Shown here: in pieces, positions 1 through 9,782 of the stretch | How the letters are laid out: each line of letters begins with the position of its first letter | Position numbering within the stretch: position 1 is the first letter of the stretch | Origin: Myxococcales bacterium UBA4248 | Lineage (GTDB): Bacteria > Myxococcota_A > Bradymonadia > UBA4248 | Direction: 5' to 3' | Assembly (NCBI GenBank): GCA_002395385.1 | Contig: DGWW01000147.1 | Span: 1,214-65,213, forward strand | DNA length: 64,000 nt | Notes under the pieces: model-generated | What the model was told of the DNA's origin: nothing | The model's input: only the letters and a program-made list of their open reading frames with translations | The model's database searches: none | Made by a program: the position numbers and the translations under genes

Positions 1-420
1 ATTCTATCGGGAGAATTCCGAAATGAAAACCATGAATACCGACAGTACTCGCGCCTTATACGGTGGCCGATAGACCCAAAGACGCACCGTCTCGTGACGG
101 ATGACAAGGGGATCGTCACAGCTACGGCAGCCTGGTATACAGGAAAAGGCGGTGTTCAGGGGGCAAGTTCACATACAGAAAATGGAAAAACAACATTCTA
201 TCTCAATGGATTTCACAACAAAGACACTAAAACAGATGGTTTGATTGTCGCTGCCGCCGATGCCAAAACCAACACCAAATATTTAAATAAAGAAGGCAAA
301 TGGGGCTACGCACCACAGGGCATGTACATTACAACGACAGACATGATATGGACTGTCTGTGAAAAAAAAGGAGAGCACCGCATTCTCTTTTATGCAGATC
401 GCAAAGCAGTCAAGCCATAA
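1..420 (+). CDS. hypothetical protein, 5'-truncated by window edge
   Basis: Frame of ORF 94..420 stays open to base 1 (ILSGEFRNENH...). No recognised motif. Confidence 0.6.
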   Translation: MLSGEFRNENHEYRQYSRLIRWPIDPKTHRLVTDDKGIVTATAAWYTGKGGVQGASSHTENGKTTFYLNGFHNKDTKTDGLIVAAADAKTNTKYLNKEGKWGYAPQGMYITTTDMIWTVCEKKGEHRILFYADRKAVKP

Positions 421-433
421 ACCAACAGAACAC

Positions 434-516
434 GTTACTCATTAGTCGGGGCTATGCCCCAGCCCCAGGGTGCACGCAAAGCTCACAGATAGCGCAATAT
501 CTAAAGCACGTAGAAA
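434..516. mobile_element. truncated copy of the MITE at 27316-27557
   Basis: gttactcattagtcggggctatgccc...ggtgcacgcaaagctcacagatagcgcaatatctaaagcacgtagaaa aligns by eye with the left end of 27316-27557. Confidence 0.6.
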
Positions 517-593
517 TCTGTCCTAAAAACTCAGTAAATGAGAAGACAGAACGAAGGTGCGCAATTACCCGTAGTTTGAAAATGCACAATAAA

Positions 594-653
594 AGCCGCC
601 GTATGCAATAGGCGGCTACCGCAAGCGTATTCGCCAAAGGCGAATAGCTGCGG
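594..653 (+). repeat. tandem bulged-hairpin element (G-bulge on +)
   Basis: agccgcc[g]tat-gca-ata-ggcggct and ccgca(a)gc[g]tattcgcc-aaa-ggcgaata-gctgcgg. Confidence 0.8.
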
Positions 654-663
654 AAAAAAGAAC

Positions 664-687
664 AAAAAAAAGCGCCCCGAGGGGCGC
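664..687 (-). terminator. Rho-independent terminator of the gltG-like gene
   Basis: gcgcccc/ggggcgc stem followed by T8 on the minus strand, just past the stop at 706. Confidence 0.75.
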
Positions 688-705
688 CTCTAAACAATCA
701 TCGAA

Positions 706-2730
706 TTAGTTTGCACTTCCGGCTTCGAACACGAACGGGTATTCGATCTGAACGATACCGCCGCCCTTAGGAGCCGGGAATCTCCAGAATTTAATGGAGT
801 TCACGACACAGTTTTCGACGTTTTTATTCTTGATAGTCGATTCTTTTACAAGCGCCTTGGTGACGGCACCCTGTGGTGAAATCAGCCAGACGACGACGAC
901 ACGACCATTAAGACCTTTGATCTTGTTCAATTCTTTTTCGTAGCAGGCACGGAGTTCACCGGAGTGCTGACGGACGACTTTCTGAATAATACGTTTATCG
1001 AGAGCACCGGTAACTTCGGGGTTCTTCATTTTAACCTGAGGACGTGCCTCACCTTTTGCACCGAGGTTAGCGTTGTAGCCCTGGGAAGCGGTACGAATAG
1101 CGCCACCGCCGCCACCGCCGCCGGGGCCGAAGCCGCCAGCACCGAATCCGCCCATACCGGCACCGCCGCCGCCTGTACCGCTGGCACCGAGACCGTAACC
1201 AGCCGATGCAGCCTGAGCAGAAGCATCGAAGCTCGACCAATCGAGGTTATCGAGATCCATCGCATTACCGACAGCCAACATGGAGTTCATGGCGTTGGCC
1301 TGAGCCAAAAGACCGGTTGCCTGAGCAGCGCCGACAGCCTCACCTTTGGACATACCTTTACCCGGTGTAGAAGCATCATTGGCAGCAGTATTTGCAGCAA
1401 AAGGCGTATCGGGAGCATCCTTAGTGAGTTCCTGATCTTCTTCGGGTTCTTCTTCTTCGGGTTCTTCTTCTTCCTGCATTTCTTCTTCGGGTTCTTCGAC
1501 GACGGGTTCTTCAACGACGACAGCAAAACGCGAAGTATTGAGGATACGGTCGACCATCAAAGCATCGACACGGTTTGTAGCGAACAGAATCACGGAGAAG
1601 AGTGCGAAGTGGATGAGGAGGGAGGCGACCAAACCGCCGTAATTGGACGAAGAGAGGCTGAACAGAGGTGCGGCAAAAGGAACGGCATCGACGAAGTGGA
1701 CGAGGATAGAGACTTCACCGAACACAAATTTTGCACGTGTCTCGCCATTTACTTCGCATGCCAGCGATCCCGGAGGAAGTGGCACGGAGCTGCGTGGGGT
1801 ACGGAAATCGGCACTGCTGGCGGATGCGAATGGGATCTTGTTATTGCCAATGAGAACAAACCCTTCATAAGCGTTATTAAAGAGCAGTTCCCATTTTCCG
1901 CCGATGCACTGAGCGACAGCAATTTTACTGGTGTTACCAACAACAACTTTATAATTGCAGGTAGAATCACTGCCTACGGTCACAGTCGTACCGCTCGAAG
2001 CAGGATATTGATCGATACTGAGCACGGTATCGCGCCAAACCATTGCAACTTCCAGTTTACAGTTTGCAGACTTTCCGCGAGCGGAGAGGAAGCGGCGTTC
2101 AAAGCTGACGGGGCGTTTTTTCTTACGAATGATGGTTGTTGCAGGTGCAGATGACTGTGCAAACTTGCCCATACCGGCAGCAGCAGCACCGCCACCGAAG
2201 CCAGCGGCTTTAGCAGCAGGTCTGGCAGCAGCGGGAGCAGTAACCGACGGTGCGGGAGGTGCAGCGGGTGCAGCGGGTGCAGCCGGAGCGGGGGGGGCAA
2301 CGGGAGCAGCCGGAGCCACGGAAGGATCAGCGGCAGCCATTTCCTGCAACACAGGTGTAGGAACGGAGAGCGTCGCATGATCGCCGTCTTCGCCATCCAT
2401 CTCACTCAATTCACTGATGCCCATATTCATCACATCCTCGAGTACGAGACGAACCGAAACCTGACCAAAGCGCAGAATCGCACCATTCGTCACCATGACG
2501 GGTTTTGTCGATTCAACTTTCTGCTGATTGACAAAGGTACCAGTCTGGCTAATGCGATCTGATAATTTATAACCGTTGGAAACTTTCTCGAGTACTGCAT
2601 GTACGCGCGAAACAGAGTCGTCATTCAGGCAGAGTTCGCAGCTCGCATTTTTTCCGATGCGAATGGGATTGGCATTGCTCTCCACTACCTGAAGCACCTC
2701 AAAATTAGGTCCAAGAACCTCAAATTTCAT
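706..2730 (-). CDS. gltG: FHA-domain / TonB-like AgmX-PglI C-terminal domain protein, GltG (PglI) homologue
   Basis: N-terminal FHA (IGK...VSRVHA...GTFVN), Pro/Ala linker, TM helix, acidic and Gly-rich stretches, C-terminal IQKVVRQH..LRACYE...WRFPAPKGGGIVQIEYPFVF. Lies next to a gltF-like gene. Confidence 0.8.
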   Translation of the reverse strand: MKFEVLGPNFEVLQVVESNANPIRIGKNASCELCLNDDSVSRVHAVLEKVSNGYKLSDRISQTGTFVNQQKVESTKPVMVTNGAILRFGQVSVRLVLEDVMNMGISELSEMDGEDGDHATLSVPTPVLQEMAAADPSVAPAAPVAPPAPAAPAAPAAPPAPSVTAPAAARPAAKAAGFGGGAAAAGMGKFAQSSAPATTIIRKKKRPVSFERRFLSARGKSANCKLEVAMVWRDTVLSIDQYPASSGTTVTVGSDSTCNYKVVVGNTSKIAVAQCIGGKWELLFNNAYEGFVLIGNNKIPFASASSADFRTPRSSVPLPPGSLACEVNGETRAKFVFGEVSILVHFVDAVPFAAPLFSLSSSNYGGLVASLLIHFALFSVILFATNRVDALMVDRILNTSRFAVVVEEPVVEEPEEEMQEEEEPEEEEPEEDQELTKDAPDTPFAANTAANDASTPGKGMSKGEAVGAAQATGLLAQANAMNSMLAVGNAMDLDNLDWSSFDASAQAASAGYGLGASGTGGGGAGMGGFGAGGFGPGGGGGGGAIRTASQGYNANLGAKGEARPQVKMKNPEVTGALDKRIIQKVVRQHSGELRACYEKELNKIKGLNGRVVVVWLISPQGAVTKALVKESTIKNKNVENCVVNSIKFWRFPAPKGGGIVQIEYPFVFEAGSAN

Positions 2731-2825
2731 TATTTTATCCTCATCTCTTGCGTCAAAAAAAAGCGCACGCCCACATGATACCTGCTAGGCATTTTTAGTG
2801 GTTTACCAATATTCTTTAATGTCGA

Positions 2826-3062
2826 TTAGAGTTCGTCTACAGTTTTACGCATTTCATCGACGAAATCTTCTCGGGCCTTAATCAGGCTCGACAGCTCATC
2901 GAGTTCTTTGACATTGATGTTCGTCGAATTCGGAACCATCAAGTCACCTTCGATACGGTCATCTTCGAAACTGATTGTCTGCATTTTGGCTTCCTGTGCG
3001 AAAGCTGTACCGCTACCGAAAATGACACCCAAAACGATTGCTGCACCGATTAATTTTTTCAT
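2826..3062 (-). CDS. gltF: small secreted gliding protein, GltF/CglF-like
   Basis: Start reassigned to MKKLIG after an AAGGAGA RBS. Signal peptide, then ISFEDDRIEGDLMVP...SLIKAREDFVDEMRKTVDEL, matching the CglF pattern. Confidence 0.75.
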   Translation of the reverse strand: MKKLIGAAIVLGVIFGSGTAFAQEAKMQTISFEDDRIEGDLMVPNSTNINVKELDELSSLIKAREDFVDEMRKTVDEL

Positions 3063-3179
3063 AATATTTCTCCTTATATGAGACACCCCCAAATATCTCA
3101 TAACATATTTTTGCTCATGTGACAAGACAGACATTTATGGAACCAGAAAGACCAAACAGATGCATGTTCTGGCCCGCCA

Positions 3180-5393
3180 TTATTTGGCTTCGGGCTTTTT
3201 AATGCGATCATAACCGGATTGTTTAAGCGTAAACGTTCCCTTGGCATCGAGTCCAACATCAAATGTGTATTTGCGCGAAGACTGAAGTTCCTGTTCCTGG
3301 CCGCCTCGAACCGGTCGGAGGTTGCCTTCCGTTCCCGTTGCACCGAGAAATTCCCAATCCGGGCCAGAAGGCACGGTGCTTTCCTGCGTCATGTCCGGGC
3401 AAATGAGTTCACCCGCACGGCGAAGGCAAACGCGCAATCCTTCTTCGGAAGAATTGAATTTTACGATCGATTCACCGATCGATTCACGCAAAAGGTTGGT
3501 ATCGAGGTTGAGCGAACCAAAGCCATCGGGAATCACAGAAACCTGGAGCGGCAGACGCTGATCATGGGTAATGTAATACTCGATGATGTCACCAGGCTGA
3601 ACGGTTGCAACAATCGGGCGAACGTAATCCTGACCGCCTGTCGAAATCTTGAGGCCGTAGGGTTTTGAAGAGGGGGCAAACTTTTTGAGTGCACATTTGG
3701 TCCCCATCAGAGCACTGTCTTCCGGGACGAGGGCCGGAATGGTGACCGTCGTGTCCGGATGAACCGGCCAAATGATGTGCATGTGCTTGGCAAAGCCCGG
3801 TTTTTCAATTGTGAGCACGTGCGGCCGGCCGAGCACTACTTCAGAAACGGCCGATGGGAAATTGCCAATGGCACGACCGTCGAGCATGGCTTTGAGGCCC
3901 ACACCCTGATTGCTGATATCCGTCAGACGAAAATCAATCCGGCCTTTGAGATAGAGGGAATCCGGGATCATTTCGATCTCGATGGGACCGGTGACATCGG
4001 TTTTGGAATCGAATGTCTTAAAGAACGGCACCATACCATCCGCATACGCCATAATGGTATTGCGGTGATTGGATACGAATTCAAAACTGCCTGTCGGTGA
4101 AACCTCAACGCCGTTGATGAAAATCGTGCTTGCCCCACCCGTCTTGATATTGACTGGATAGGTGCTGAGATGAACTTTTTCGACGACGGGTTTTGGAACT
4201 TCAACCACCTCTTCCTGTTTTTTCTGCTGCTCAGCCTGAATTTCAGCTTCGGACGGTCCGCTGAACGCCAGGAAATAAAAGCCAACGCCTGCGGCCGCAA
4301 GAACAAGAATAATAATGATCGCCAAAACGGGCCCGCCGGAATTCTTTTGCTGTGTCATACCAGGATTACCGTACATTTCCATCAGCTCCCTTTGTTTTGC
4401 ACGTCGCTGTTCTGCCTCAGCCTGCTGTTGCTGAAGAGAATATTGCTCATATTCAGCTCTTTCTTCGGGGGTCATTGATTCATAAAGTGCCATCAGCTGC
4501 TCTTCATCCGAGAGTTCACGCTGAGGTGCTGCCGGCTGTGCATACCCGGACGGAGTCTGGGGCACCTGAACCGAAGGGGCAGCAGGGGCAGCAGGCGGCA
4601 TCTGGACAGAAGGTGTTGCGGGAGCTGCGGGCGGCATCTGAACAGAAGGTGTTGCGGGAGCTGCAGGCGGCATCTGGACAGAAGGTGTTGCGGGAGCTGC
4701 AGGCGGCATATGAACAGAGGGCGTTGCGGGTGCCGCAGGTGGCATCTGAACCGATGGTGAAGGATGGGGCGCAGACGGCATCTGAGTGGATGGTGTCGCC
4801 GAAGCTGCATTCGAAGCCGCCCCAGTCCCGGGAATCGGAATTGGTTTGGACACCGGCGTTGCTGCAAGTGCCGCTGCCAGTTCTGCATTCATAAACGGGG
4901 ATTCAACCATTTCCGTTTTTGACGAATCGGCAGAAGGCATATCAATCGCCATGGTCTCATCTGTCGCGGCTGCCGCAGGTACGGCCGCTGGTGATGCACC
5001 ACGGATAATGGGTACGCGCTGGGAAGGAATATTAAATTCGGATGCAGGAGTGATCGAAGACGATCGATTGGTCACAGTCGTCATTTCATCATCAAGCGCC
5101 ATCAAATCATCCAGAGACTCCGCAATTGAACGGTTTTCGGATGTCACATACGCTGCACCTGCATCTTCGGGGACATTGTCCCAACCGTCGATCCCTCCCA
5201 CAGCCGCAAGGATATCGTCAGCTGAACGTATATCGGTCGGTTCATCCGATGTCATGAAATCAAGCGATTCCATTTCGGAAATAGCACTCGAGCTTTGATT
5301 GCGATTCAAAGCACCAATTTTAGGAATGCTGGGAAGGCTTGCGCCATGAATACTTGGCATATTCTTACCCGACTTAACTCTATATTCACCCAT
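3180..5393 (-). CDS. single-pass membrane protein with Pro/Ala-rich repeats and PEGA-like extracytoplasmic domains
   Basis: Start at MGEYRV (AGAAGG RBS). Disordered N-terminus, PPAAPATPSVQM repeats, TM segment (VLAIIIILVLAAAGVGFYFL), PEGA-like LGRPHVLTIEKPGF. Confidence 0.7.
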   Translation of the reverse strand: MGEYRVKSGKNMPSIHGASLPSIPKIGALNRNQSSSAISEMESLDFMTSDEPTDIRSADDILAAVGGIDGWDNVPEDAGAAYVTSENRSIAESLDDLMALDDEMTTVTNRSSSITPASEFNIPSQRVPIIRGASPAAVPAAAATDETMAIDMPSADSSKTEMVESPFMNAELAAALAATPVSKPIPIPGTGAASNAASATPSTQMPSAPHPSPSVQMPPAAPATPSVHMPPAAPATPSVQMPPAAPATPSVQMPPAAPATPSVQMPPAAPAAPSVQVPQTPSGYAQPAAPQRELSDEEQLMALYESMTPEERAEYEQYSLQQQQAEAEQRRAKQRELMEMYGNPGMTQQKNSGGPVLAIIIILVLAAAGVGFYFLAFSGPSEAEIQAEQQKKQEEVVEVPKPVVEKVHLSTYPVNIKTGGASTIFINGVEVSPTGSFEFVSNHRNTIMAYADGMVPFFKTFDSKTDVTGPIEIEMIPDSLYLKGRIDFRLTDISNQGVGLKAMLDGRAIGNFPSAVSEVVLGRPHVLTIEKPGFAKHMHIIWPVHPDTTVTIPALVPEDSALMGTKCALKKFAPSSKPYGLKISTGGQDYVRPIVATVQPGDIIEYYITHDQRLPLQVSVIPDGFGSLNLDTNLLRESIGESIVKFNSSEEGLRVCLRRAGELICPDMTQESTVPSGPDWEFLGATGTEGNLRPVRGGQEQELQSSRKYTFDVGLDAKGTFTLKQSGYDRIKKPEAK
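4561..4790. repeat. 36-bp in-frame tandem repeat (about 4 good plus 2 degenerate units)
   Basis: ggcggcatctggacagaaggtgttgcgggagctgca units encoding PPAAPATPSVQM. Confidence 0.85.
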
Positions 5394-5507
5394 AATGACT
5401 AACCTTCTGGAAAAATTTACCAATGAACGTGCAAAGCGTCGTCGCATCATGCCACAAAGCATCATTTCATTCAAGTCGAATGCGATCTCAAAAAAAATGG
5501 TTTTGTT

Positions 5508-5571
5508 GCCGAGGCTATTTGGCATTTGCCAAATACGCCTTCGGCCGCGCCGCTATTGACATACGCGGCGC
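5508..5571 (-). repeat. tandem bulged-hairpin element (G-bulge on -)
   Basis: gccgaggc-tatttggca-tt-tgccaaata[c]gcc(t)tcggc and gcgccgc-tat-tgac-ata[c]gcggcgc. Confidence 0.85.
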
Positions 5572-5784
5572 ATACTTTTTTGACACAGGCTATGTCTGAC
5601 CATCGTGGATAAATATTGTTATTTAGTTTTCGGCATTGCATATTTCAAAATTTTGGGATTAGAACTTTGAGCGGCGAATTCTGTCTCGATGCTCCACCAC
5701 CCAAAATTGCAATTTCCCGTATAAAACCCTCACACCAGGCAGAAGACAGATGAAAATATTCTTTTGGGGAATTGTGTTTTTTTA

Positions 5785-5974
5785 AGCTCTGTTTAACGAG
5801 TGTGGATACACTTGAGCATGTAGCTCATAGCTTATAACTTATAGTTGAGAAATCATTTCATAGGAATCATGCTTTTCCCCACGAGATTTAGATTCCTTCT
5901 ACAAGCTAAAAACGAAAAGCAATAAATAATTGAGTTATCGGAACCAATCATATCCACGGTGGTTAAACACAGCC
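5785..5974. mobile_element. MITE-like element, TIR family B
   Basis: gctctgtttaacgagtgtggata ... tatccacggtggttaaacacagc imperfect inverted termini. Same termini at 63663-63797. Confidence 0.6.
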
Positions 5975-6010
5975 AAAAAAAAGCCCCGGCAATTGCTTGC
6001 CGAGGCTTTT
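5975..6010 (-). terminator. Rho-independent terminator after gltC
   Basis: aaaaaaaagccccggcaa-ttgc-ttgccgaggctttt. Confidence 0.7.
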
Positions 6011-6032
6011 GAACTCGATTTTTTACACGGTA

Positions 6033-7784
6033 TTAACGACCGCAGCGTGAAGAAATATAGTACCAGTAATATCCGAGCTCATCCTTCCAATACTCGCCAT
6101 CAAATGTCCAGAAGAGATGCTCATCATCGGCACCCATAACTTCATCGACTTGACGTTCGAATTCGAGCAGGGCATTGGGATCCTGTTCCATCAACTCGAC
6201 ACGTGCCGCATATTTCTCGGTTGTTTCAATTTCGATATCGAGTGCACGGTTGGAGAGGTCGCGGAGTTCTTCCTGAAGTCTTTCGAGACGTGATTTACCT
6301 TTTTTACCTGCTTCAACGACGGAGAGCATGCGTGCAGCTTCCAATTCCTGAACCATGGTCTGTCCAAGCGAGGATCCCGAAAGCGCAGGATCTTTCTGAA
6401 TGGTAGCTTTTTCATCATCGAGCATATCGATGTAGGCAAGACCACGTCGGAGTTCACGGTCCTGAACAGAGGCTTCGAGGATCAGCTGCAGTGTAGGATC
6501 GTAGGATTCTCTGTCGGCATTCTGAACCATGTGGAGGAAGTCATAAACTTCTTCGGGCTGGAACAGACGGGAAACGAGCGTGTCAACCTGTTTTTTCATG
6601 GGATCGTAGGTAGCTTTGTAATCCGCAAGAATGTCGACGACGCGATCATAGTGGCAGTTGGTGTAGTAAATGGTAGCCTGAAGAAGACGTGCTTCGGGAT
6701 AATATTTATCGCTGAAGTACGGGCTGTTCAGTGTAAGGAGAAGACCGAGTGCCTTCCCGAAATTATCTACACGATAATAAGCCCAGCTTGCTTCAAAGAG
6801 GGCATCGAGCCACATGCGGCTGTCACGTGAGAAAGCATTGTAATATTTGATGGAAGTAGACCAGCTATTGGCAGCCTTTTCACGTTCACCCATTTTCCAC
6901 AGTGTGGAGCCGACCTGATAGAAGACGCGGGCGAGTGCAGCGTATGTGTATTCGCGAAGACGGGATTCTTCTTTTGTGAGGCCTTCAGCAGAGGTAGATT
7001 TTGTATCGAGCCATCGCAAAACCTCTTTGAATGAATCGAGTGCGGGCTGACCTTTATTCTGACGAACATAGGTCACGCCTTCGAGGTAACGCGATTTGGG
7101 ATACAGCGGGCTATCCTGTGCAACCGAGCCGACGAAGAAAACGACATCATCGAGTTTTGACTCGCGGTATGCGGCCATGGCGAGGAGATATCCCACTTCG
7201 GATGTCAGAGCAGCCGGAACTTCAGCAGGGAATTTATCGAGGTAATTCTCATAAATACGGGCATATCTTCTCGGTTCACCGGGAAGAACACGTCCAATCA
7301 GAACGAGGTAATTGAGTGCCAGGTCGAATTCTTTTGAGCTCGGTCCCTGAGAGACGACCATATCAAAATGGTTCAGAGCTGACTGATAGTACTTGGCTTC
7401 ATAGAGGGCGCGTCCCAATTCATAATGAAGCTGTGCGGACATACCGACAGAAGCACTGTCTCCGGCAGCGATCGTGTCATTCAGGAGCTGAGCAGCCTGA
7501 ATGTAATTACCCGATTCGATCATCGCCTGTGCCTGTGTATAGTTTGCATACGCACCTGAACTTGTATCGATCACGGCCGGGGCTGTCGTGGTGGAAGCAC
7601 CGCCACCTTCAGACCCGAAATCGAGCCCGCTTCCGGAGCCCTCAGCTGCCGCAGAGTTCTCAGTGGACCCCTCATCACCAAAATCCAAACCACCATCCTG
7701 AGCCTGTGCACTCAATGGTGCGAACATCATTGCACCAGCGATTAACACTGCACTTAAGCCTAGCTTCCCACTCTTCAGATGCAT
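6033..7784 (-). CDS. gltC: periplasmic TPR protein, GltC homologue
   Basis: Signal peptide, TPR helices, ALFEASWAYY and YYTNCHY motifs, C-terminal WTFDGEYWKDELGYY...SRC typical of GltC. Confidence 0.75.
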   Translation of the reverse strand: MHLKSGKLGLSAVLIAGAMMFAPLSAQAQDGGLDFGDEGSTENSAAAEGSGSGLDFGSEGGGASTTTAPAVIDTSSGAYANYTQAQAMIESGNYIQAAQLLNDTIAAGDSASVGMSAQLHYELGRALYEAKYYQSALNHFDMVVSQGPSSKEFDLALNYLVLIGRVLPGEPRRYARIYENYLDKFPAEVPAALTSEVGYLLAMAAYRESKLDDVVFFVGSVAQDSPLYPKSRYLEGVTYVRQNKGQPALDSFKEVLRWLDTKSTSAEGLTKEESRLREYTYAALARVFYQVGSTLWKMGEREKAANSWSTSIKYYNAFSRDSRMWLDALFEASWAYYRVDNFGKALGLLLTLNSPYFSDKYYPEARLLQATIYYTNCHYDRVVDILADYKATYDPMKKQVDTLVSRLFQPEEVYDFLHMVQNADRESYDPTLQLILEASVQDRELRRGLAYIDMLDDEKATIQKDPALSGSSLGQTMVQELEAARMLSVVEAGKKGKSRLERLQEELRDLSNRALDIEIETTEKYAARVELMEQDPNALLEFERQVDEVMGADDEHLFWTFDGEYWKDELGYYWYYISSRCGR

Positions 7785-7903
7785 ACCTATGTCTCCTTAG
7801 CTATCAGCACCATGCTGATGACCTCATTTCAAAAACTGGTATTAAGCTGCCGTAATTGCTACGTCGCAATTTCTTTTAACATGTAAAGACATTGTTTGTC
7901 AAT

Positions 7904-8680
7904 CTATGCCTTAACGAAATTATCCCTTTCATCTTTCCCGGCTGCAATCAGATTTAGACACTCGGACGCGACCCTGAGTCCGAATGTCCCTGTCACAGTT
8001 ATCAGACTGCCCAGTACCGGACGCGCAATTTTCAGACTTCCGTTATGCGACTGCAGGGATCGATGTGTTTCTTTTTGTGCAGGTTCCCGTGAATAGACGC
8101 ATCCAACCCCCTGTGTGACCCCAAACGCGCGCAGGCGCTTGCGTACCTCCCGCGCCAGAGGACAGATTTCTGTCTCCGAAATATCCGCAAAACACACTTC
8201 GGACGGCTTGGTTTTTCTGGCTGCCCCCATGCTCGAAATGACCGGAATCCCAGCCCTGACGCAATGTACGATCAACTCGATTTTTGCATCAATCGTGTCG
8301 ATCGCATCCACAACGACGTCCGGTTGCCTGCCATCCGCAAACGGGGCATCCACCACACTCACATTGGAAGCATCCACGACAGCATCGACGCATTCCACTG
8401 TTATCCCCGGATGAATCGCGCACAAATGGGATTTTGCAACCAATACTTTTGACATTCCCAAAGTGTGTTCATCCGAACCGAGCTGGCGGTTGATGTGATG
8501 AACCGCATAGACGTCGCCATCTACGAGACGAAAAAAGCCCACGCCGCTGCGGGCGAGCGCTTCGGCAGCAAAGCTGCCAACCGCGCCATACCCCACAATA
8601 CACACGTGAGCATTCGAAAAGCGCGCCAGCATTTCATCACCAACCAGCACGCTTACCCGCGAAAATCTTTCGTCACACAT
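7904..8680 (-). CDS. tcdA: tRNA threonylcarbamoyladenosine dehydratase (ThiF family)
   Basis: VGYGAVGSFAAEALARSGVG, INRQ, VVDAID, ISSMGAA, CPLAREVRKRLR, VYSRE. Confidence 0.9.
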   Translation of the reverse strand: MCDERFSRVSVLVGDEMLARFSNAHVCIVGYGAVGSFAAEALARSGVGFFRLVDGDVYAVHHINRQLGSDEHTLGMSKVLVAKSHLCAIHPGITVECVDAVVDASNVSVVDAPFADGRQPDVVVDAIDTIDAKIELIVHCVRAGIPVISSMGAARKTKPSEVCFADISETEICPLAREVRKRLRAFGVTQGVGCVYSREPAQKETHRSLQSHNGSLKIARPVLGSLITVTGTFGLRVASECLNLIAAGKDERDNFVKA

Positions 8681-9771
8681 TACGGCAGAACGAGGGAGAT
8701 TTCGACGCGATCATTCTTCGCCCTGTTGTCCTTCTGTTTTTCATCATAACGCTGGACATCTTTTCCTTTTGCCGTCGTCATCATGCGTCCGTATTCAACA
8801 CCAAGCGAGACCAGGTAATCACGCGTGGCATCACAGCGCCGCTGGCTGACTTCAAAATAATTTTTCGTGTTTTTCTGTACATGGCCTTCGATCATAACCG
8901 TCTGCACATTATACTTCTTGGCGAGTTCGGCGATGCGCTTTAAAGCCTCCTGTTTGACGGGGAGAATCTCGCTCTTATTCTTTTCGAATGCGCTGGCGAG
9001 TACGATCACGACACTCTTCATATCGGTGAAGACATAGTCAGGTCCAACGATGGCCTGAGCATCGGTAAAGAGTGCTTTTTGACGCTCAGCGGACTGTGCC
9101 TGTGCCTGTTTTTTATCGAAATCGGGCTTAGCCTGTTCATAGGCCTTGGCAAAAAGTTGGCGTGCCTCTTCGGCAGCAGCACCGGCGCCGTCACGGTCAC
9201 CGTGTGAGCTCTTGTCACCGGCTTCTTTCAATTTGGCTTCTGCAGCAGCAAACACATCTTTCTGTGAATCCTGTGCGCCAACACCGGCAGCCTTTTCTCT
9301 TTCTGTCATGGCTGCCTGAATGCGGTTTTCGACATTGGCAATATCTGTATCGGAAATATTTTGTTTAATCAGGCCGACACTCTTGGTCAAGCCTTCATAT
9401 TTTGCATTCAGGGTTTCCATCTGCAATGTGGTTTCTTTGATTTCTTTTTCGGCAGCAGCCTGGCGTTGTTTTGCTTCATTGGCTTTTGCCATAGCACGTG
9501 CCGTCGCATACTGGCGCTGTCCGAGAGCGGCATACGTTTTGGCCTTGCTCTGTTCGCCATCCTGCCATGCATTGAGCGATTTATTCGTCAAATCGGTGCA
9601 AACTTTGTAAGCATCCGGAGCCTGGGTATTGATCTGCGCGGCTTCATCGCTATTGCGGAGCTCTTCGAGCTGTGTCAGCTCGGCGGGTTTATTCTGGGGA
9701 CCACAACCAGACAGAATGCCAAGGGCAGCCACACTACATAATGCCAACTGGAAAATTCTATTCTGTTTCAT
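8680..9771 (-). CDS. lipoprotein with coiled-coil region and C-terminal OmpA-like peptidoglycan-binding domain
   Basis: Lipobox ILSGC; C-terminal IEGH...VSQRRCDATRDYL...NRAKNDRVEI. Confidence 0.8.
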   Translation of the reverse strand: MKQNRIFQLALCSVAALGILSGCGPQNKPAELTQLEELRNSDEAAQINTQAPDAYKVCTDLTNKSLNAWQDGEQSKAKTYAALGQRQYATARAMAKANEAKQRQAAAEKEIKETTLQMETLNAKYEGLTKSVGLIKQNISDTDIANVENRIQAAMTEREKAAGVGAQDSQKDVFAAAEAKLKEAGDKSSHGDRDGAGAAAEEARQLFAKAYEQAKPDFDKKQAQAQSAERQKALFTDAQAIVGPDYVFTDMKSVVIVLASAFEKNKSEILPVKQEALKRIAELAKKYNVQTVMIEGHVQKNTKNYFEVSQRRCDATRDYLVSLGVEYGRMMTTAKGKDVQRYDEKQKDNRAKNDRVEISLVLP

Positions 9772-9782
9772 ATTCCGCACCC

